Source: Mobula hypostoma
Lineage: Eukaryota
NCBI RefSeq assembly: GCF_963921235.1
Contig: NW_026948113.1
Coordinates: 310,001 to 374,000, forward strand
DNA: 64,000 nt
Direction: 5' to 3'
The translations under genes and the position numbers were made by a program. The notes under the pieces are model-generated. The model saw nothing but the letters and a program-made list of their open reading frames with translations. It was not told where the DNA came from and made no database searches. Within the stretch, counting starts at the first letter, position 1. The number at the start of each line of letters is the position of its first letter. Positions 58,961-64,000 of this stretch are shown piece after piece.

Positions 58961-58966
58961 AATAAA
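58961..58966 (+). terminator. Polyadenylation signal AATAAA of the MHC class I gene
   Basis: Canonical hexamer downstream of both candidate terminal acceptors and before repeats resume at about 59030. Confidence 0.55.
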
Positions 58967-59163
58967 ACCTGTGAATGAAAGAGCTCAGACGTGACTGCTC
59001 TCCTGCACCATTCCTTTCCTTCAGGTGCTCCCTTGCTACTCCAGCTGTTTGTTTTGTCCATGAACCTGCGGCTTTTGTGTGGGAAAAGCAGTGAAATAAA
59101 ATCAGAAAATTTTGTAAACACCCAGTAGGCCAGCTAGTGTCTGTGGAGAGAGAAACACCATAA

Positions 59164-59445
59164 TGTTTTGGGTCTCAGATCCTTCAGTGGAATGTGAAAA
59201 GAGAGAAAGAAACAAGTTAAAGGCAGAGAAGGTGGGGTAGGGTGGGATGTTATAGAGTCATTGACTATGCTGCATAATGGGATTAATATAGACAGGCACA
59301 CTGGTCAGCATAGACACAGAGGGCCGAGTGGCCTGTTCCCAAGCTGTGTGACTCTATAACATCCCACCCTACCCCACCTTCTCTGCCTTTAACTTGTTTC
59401 TTTCTCTCTTTTCACATTCCAAAGAAGGATCTGAGACCCAAAACA
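59164..59445. repeat. 97-bp inverted repeat with 88-bp spacer
   Basis: Arms 59164-59260 and 59349-59445 are complementary with 2 mismatches. Confidence 0.93.
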
Positions 59446-59449
59446 ATAT

Positions 59450-60200
59450 CCAAATTTCCAATCATATTTATGTTTGCTGATGACACCACTGCCATTGGCT
59501 GATTCAAAGTCGGTGGTGAATCCCTATATAGGAGGGAGATTGAAAATCTGGCTGAGAGGTGCCACAACAGCAACCTCTCACTCAATGTCAGCAAGACCAA
59601 GGATCTGATTATTGACTTAAGGGGAAGACTGTGGAGGTCCATGAGCCAGTCATCATTGGGGAATCAAAGGTGGAGATAGTCAGCAATTTTAAATTCCTCA
59701 ATTTTATCATTTCAGAAGAAATGTCCTGGGCTCAGAACATAAGTGCCATTACTAAGAAAGCAGGGCAGCACCTCTACTTCCTTATAAGTCTGCAAAGGTT
59801 AGGCATGACTCATAAAACTTTGCCCAACTTCTGCAGATGTGTGGTGGAGGGTGTGGTGTGGTATGGAAGCACTGATGCCCCTGAACAGAAAAACCTACAA
59901 AAATAATGTATACAGTCCAGTCCAACATGAGTAAAGCATTCTCCACCATTGAGCATATCTACATGGAGTGCTGTTGCAAAAAAGCAGCATCCATCATCGA
60001 GGACCCCTACCACCCACGACATGCCCTCTTGTTGCTGATGCCATCAGGAAGAAGGTATGGGAGCCTCCGAACCTACAACAGAGTTGTTACCCCTCAACCA
60101 TCAGGTTCCTGAACCGGAGGGGATAATCTCACAGTTTAATAACCTATGGACTCACTTTCAAGGACCCTTAATCTCATGCTGTCCCTGCCTCTTTAGTTAA
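59450..60200 (+). mobile_element. Rex1/Babar LINE 3' fragment
   Basis: MFADDTTAIG, LYFLISLQRLGM, LLLMPSGRRYGSL. Confidence 0.8.
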
Positions 60201-61233
60201 CTGAAAAGACACAAGAGACTACAGTTTCTTGAATCTGGAGCAATACACAAAATATTGGGTTGGTTGAGTGGTGTCACCACAACACTCTTACACTCAACTT
60301 AGCAAGATTAATAAATTGATTTTGAGAACTTCAGGATGGGGAAGTCAGCAGAACATACATCAGTCCTCATTGAGGGGTGGTCGTAGAAAGGGTGAACAGT
60401 TTTAAAGTTGTGAGTCTCAACATCTTGGAGCATCTATCCTGAGCCCAACACATTGATATAATCATGAAGAAAGCATACCAATTGTTCTATTTTGTTAGGC
60501 ATTTGAAGCAATTTGGTATGTCACCAAAACTTCTTGTAAATTCCTATAGATAAATGGTGGACAGCATCCTGACTGATGTCTCAAGATGTCAATGTTTTGA
60601 GGGCATCTTACAAAACCTCTAAATATACTTCTTCTGAACTAGTTTCACTGCAATCTGCAGCCTCTAATTTCCCTTAAAGTAATGCACTTTTGAACCATCT
60701 TGATAAACTAGGGATTTCATGATCTTCTGAAGGATTTGGCAGACTTAACTCTCAAGAATGCACATATGGGACCTTTAAGCAGACAAGGATACATCACCAT
60801 GGCCTTAAGAGAGGGAGGCAGGGAGGACTCCAAGCCAAACTAAAACACTAGGGCATGAAACTTTCTCTACCAAGTATCTTGTTAGCAAACGTACAGTTGC
60901 TGCAGAACAAGCTTGAGAACCTAAGGGCAAGATGGCTGTATCAGAGGGAAATGAGGAATTTCTGTACTCTGTGTTTCATGGAGACATGGCTCACTCCAGA
61001 CATGCTGAATTCAGTGATCAGACCTGAGGGCTCCATGTACATAGGATGGACCAGACTGCTGATTCAGAGAAAGCAAAAGGTGGGTGTCTGTGCTTCATGA
61101 TAAACGCTTTGTGGTGCTGGGATGCAGCGATCTTGCTGCAGTCTTGTCCCCAACACTGGAACATCTAATGGTTAAGTGCTAACTGTTCTACTTGCCAAGA
61201 GAGTTCTTCTCTGATCCTTACCACAGTTCACAT

Positions 61234-63179
61234 CAGGGTTTCTCAGCTGGGGTTCTGCGAGAGATGGCTAGCGATTCCACGAGGTCGTCATTAAAAAAAT
61301 ATCGTATTTTTTTAACTTTGCACGATACTAGCACTCAGAGTGGTGGGCAGTGACCGAGCAGCCCCATTAGCAATCTCGTTAGAGGTCTAGTGAGAGAACA
61401 CTTCACTTGTCAGTCTGTTGGGGTCATCTATTGCATCCGGTGCTCCCGGTGCGGCCTCCTCTGCATCAGTGAAACCCGACGTAGATTGGGGGACGGCTTC
61501 GTCAAGCACCTCCACTCTGTCCGCCACAACAGACAGGATCTCCCGGCAGCCACTCACTTCAATTCTGCTTCCCATTCCCATTCAGATATGTCCATACATG
61601 GCCTTCTCTACAGCCATGATGAGGCTAAACTCAGGTTGGAGGAGCAACACCTCATATACCGTCTAGGTAGTCTCCAGCCCCTTGGTATGAACATAGAATT
61701 CTCCAACTTCCGGTAATTCCCTCCCCCTCCCTTCCTCCTTCCTTATTTCACTCTACCCCCTCCCCCAGTTCCCTCATGGTTCCGCCTCCATCTTCTACTA
61801 CCCATTGTTTTCAGGGCTATGACGTCAATGCTTCCCCTCCCCCACCCCTTTGTCTTTCAAATTACTGGTCTTTCAACTGAAGCTACAAGCATTCTTCAAA
61901 TCCTTCCCCATCTTTCATTCTTCAGTCCTGTTGAAGGGTTCTGGCCCGAAACATCGACTCATCGTTTCTAACTGATGCTGCCCGACCTGCTAAGTTCATC
62001 CAGCGTACTGAAAGTGTTGCTTTGATCACAGCATCTGCAGACTACTCTGTGTTTACGACTCGTTAGAGGTCTCTTAGCTCAGTATAGCAGTGCGCAATTG
62101 GGCCATGTTTATTTAGTTGAGACCATTCTCAGTGAGATAGGGAAGGCTGTTGATAATTGGTGAGTACTATATTGCACGGAGGGGAAGATGATAGGTTGAC
62201 GAGGAGCATGAAGTGTGTTTTCTGAGCATTCAATAGACTCACCCAACTTGGGTTGTGACGTCAGCCTCTCCCTCCTGAATTACTTCCCCTTACGTGCCAC
62301 CAACTGACTTATGGGAGTGAACAAACTCTACCAGTTTGTAGTCAAAAGTTGGAGGGAAATTTTCATTCTAAAGGTGGTCCAATGTGGTGAATTTTTGAAG
62401 AGGAGGTGTGAGATAGAAGATTCTAGATCTAGGCCTATGGACAATTCTGCTAAGGTTACAATCTTCTGAGTCATTTCACTGCACTAGTGCAACAACAGAC
62501 GCAAAAAAGTCCATCTTTACAATAAAATCTGCTTATCAATGGGTTTTACATGGACTGGTGATCAAAGTTGTCCTAATCCATTGTGCCTAGTCTGTGGCAA
62601 ACAACAAGCAGAGAGTTTAACACATGCTAGGCCAATGTCTGAGCCTGATCATGACACTTGCTAAGAAAATGTGTTTTCAAAAACTTGTATAAAATCATGT
62701 CTTAGGCTATAATTTTATTCATATTGCTTTGGCTCGTAGTTTTTAGTAACTTTACTATTTAACATTGTCAATAAATTTTCATGTTGTAAATAGCATTAAT
62801 TAAAATCAATTTACAACTTTTATTTAAATTAAACCTACCGAGCCCACCTTTAGAAAAATTAAATCCTATTTTGGCTTAAGCCATTTATTTAACAGAAACT
62901 TATTATGTTTGCCTTACGAGGTTTTAAAATTTATGAAAGAGAAACAAAGAGATTAATTTCAAGAAAGCTAGCTAAGTTTAACTGCCTGTTTCTTTTCCCA
63001 AGAAAGGTTCTCTACTCAAAAGAGCATTGACAACTATTTTTGGATGACTATATCCACAACTTACTGATCATACTAACATACCGTGAGCTATAGATATAAT
63101 AATTTATACGTAGGGGGTTCCCTGAGACCTGAAAATTATTTCAAGGGTTCTTCCAGGGCAAAAAGGTTGAGAAAGGCTG
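61234..63179 (+). mobile_element. hAT (Charlie/Buster-like) DNA transposon, internally deleted
   Basis: TIRs cagggtttctcagctgggg and aaaaaggttgagaaaggctg; 8-bp TSD gttcacat / gtttacat; BED-finger remnant YNKICLSMGFTWTGDQSCPNPLCLVCGK at about 62520-62600. Confidence 0.8.
61389..62058 (+). mobile_element. Penelope-like element 3' fragment (GIY-YIG endonuclease) inserted in the hAT
   Basis: ORF 61390..61716 VIYCIRCSRCGLLCISETRRRLGD...HFNS...[20 protein letters not shown]; 14-bp TSD ctcgttagaggtct at 61375-88 and 62059-72. Confidence 0.88.
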
Positions 63180-64000
63180 GTTTACATACGTACTGCTAAA
63201 GGCCGATGTTAAGCAGGCACTTGATGTACTGAATGCTGCCATCGGCAAGTAAGAAACAGCCTAACCCAATATCTTTCAGATCATTGGTGGAGGCTTTAAT
63301 TAGGCTTGTATGAAGAAATCTCTGCCCAATTAACATCAACATATCACCTGCAGCACCAGGGGTCCCAACATACTCAGCCACTGCTATACTAACATAAGAA
63401 AGAGCTACCATTCAAACTCTAGACTGCATTTTCGGAAATCAGGCTTTATAAAAACAGTTATAGACATTTGTGTCCCCACAAAATCATTCAGAGTCTTCCT
63501 CAACCAGAAGCCCTGGATGAACCATGAGATCCAGAATCCTATGAGGGTCAGATCAGTGACATTCAGTACTGGTGTCCAAGTAAAATAAAAGGGATCTAGG
63601 TGCGATCTCCAGAAAGCCATCTCACATGTACAGTGGCAATTCAAGACCAGACTTGAATCAGTGAAGGATGCTGAACAGCTGTGGCAGGGCTCGGATGCAA
63701 TTACCTCCTACAAGTGAGACCAAGCGACACAGGTAACCACAAGGCTTTGCTGCCAGATGAACTCAAAGCCTTTTATGCTTGCTTTGACCATGGAGGCACC
63801 TTCACAAACTCTCACAGCTCCTGGTGACCCTGTGATTTCAGTCTCTGAAGTCGACGTGAGAACATCCTTCATGAGGCTGAACCCACAGAAAGTATCTGGC
63901 CCAGATGGGGTACCTGCCTGAGTACTAAAGACCTATGCTGATCAACTGGTTGGAGTGTTTACCAATATCTTTAACCTCTTGCTTCACCAGTCTGTGGTAC

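Larger units (their letters stand above)
60780..64000 (+). mobile_element. Rex1/Babar LINE 5' part (APE endonuclease to start of RT), host of nested insertions; runs off the window
   Basis: LPSILLANVQLLQNKL...LCFMETWL, then VYI...ADVKQALDVL after the hAT, then KVSGPDGVP..VLKTYADQLVGVFTNIFNLLL. Confidence 0.82.

Noticed and set aside
62520-62600. Domesticated ZBED/Buster gene
   Set aside because: Only a BED-finger scrap inside an internally deleted hAT with TIRs and TSD; no long ORF.

Overview
Vertebrate genomic DNA, most likely from a cartilaginous fish (ray-like repeat landscape; inference from the repeat families and the MHC sequence). Most of the window is decayed transposons: CR1, Rex1/Babar, L1/Tx1, a HERO-type RLE element, Penelope-like elements, hAT, Tc1, a possible Chapaev remnant and one solo LTR. 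Two real genes lie head-to-head. (1) A minus-strand gene with 12 C2H2 zinc fingers (coding exon 9930-11115, CpG-island promoter about 20430-20720). (2) A plus-strand MHC class I heavy-chain gene that I assembled by hand: leader 31752-31803, alpha1 43028-43291, alpha2 45332-45607, alpha3 50231-50506, TM 55772-55900, cytoplasmic 57899-57955, terminal exon probably from 58658, AATAAA at 58961. All introns are phase 1 with GT-AG ends and the frame is open (about 357 aa). It keeps 8 of 9 peptide-terminus anchor residues, like the published elasmobranch nonclassical UDA lineage (lineage not verified), and has an ISRE plus an X1-X2-Y promoter module. The ORF track uses alternative start codons, so many of its initial M residues are artefacts. 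No CRISPR array, rRNA or bona fide tRNA gene was seen.
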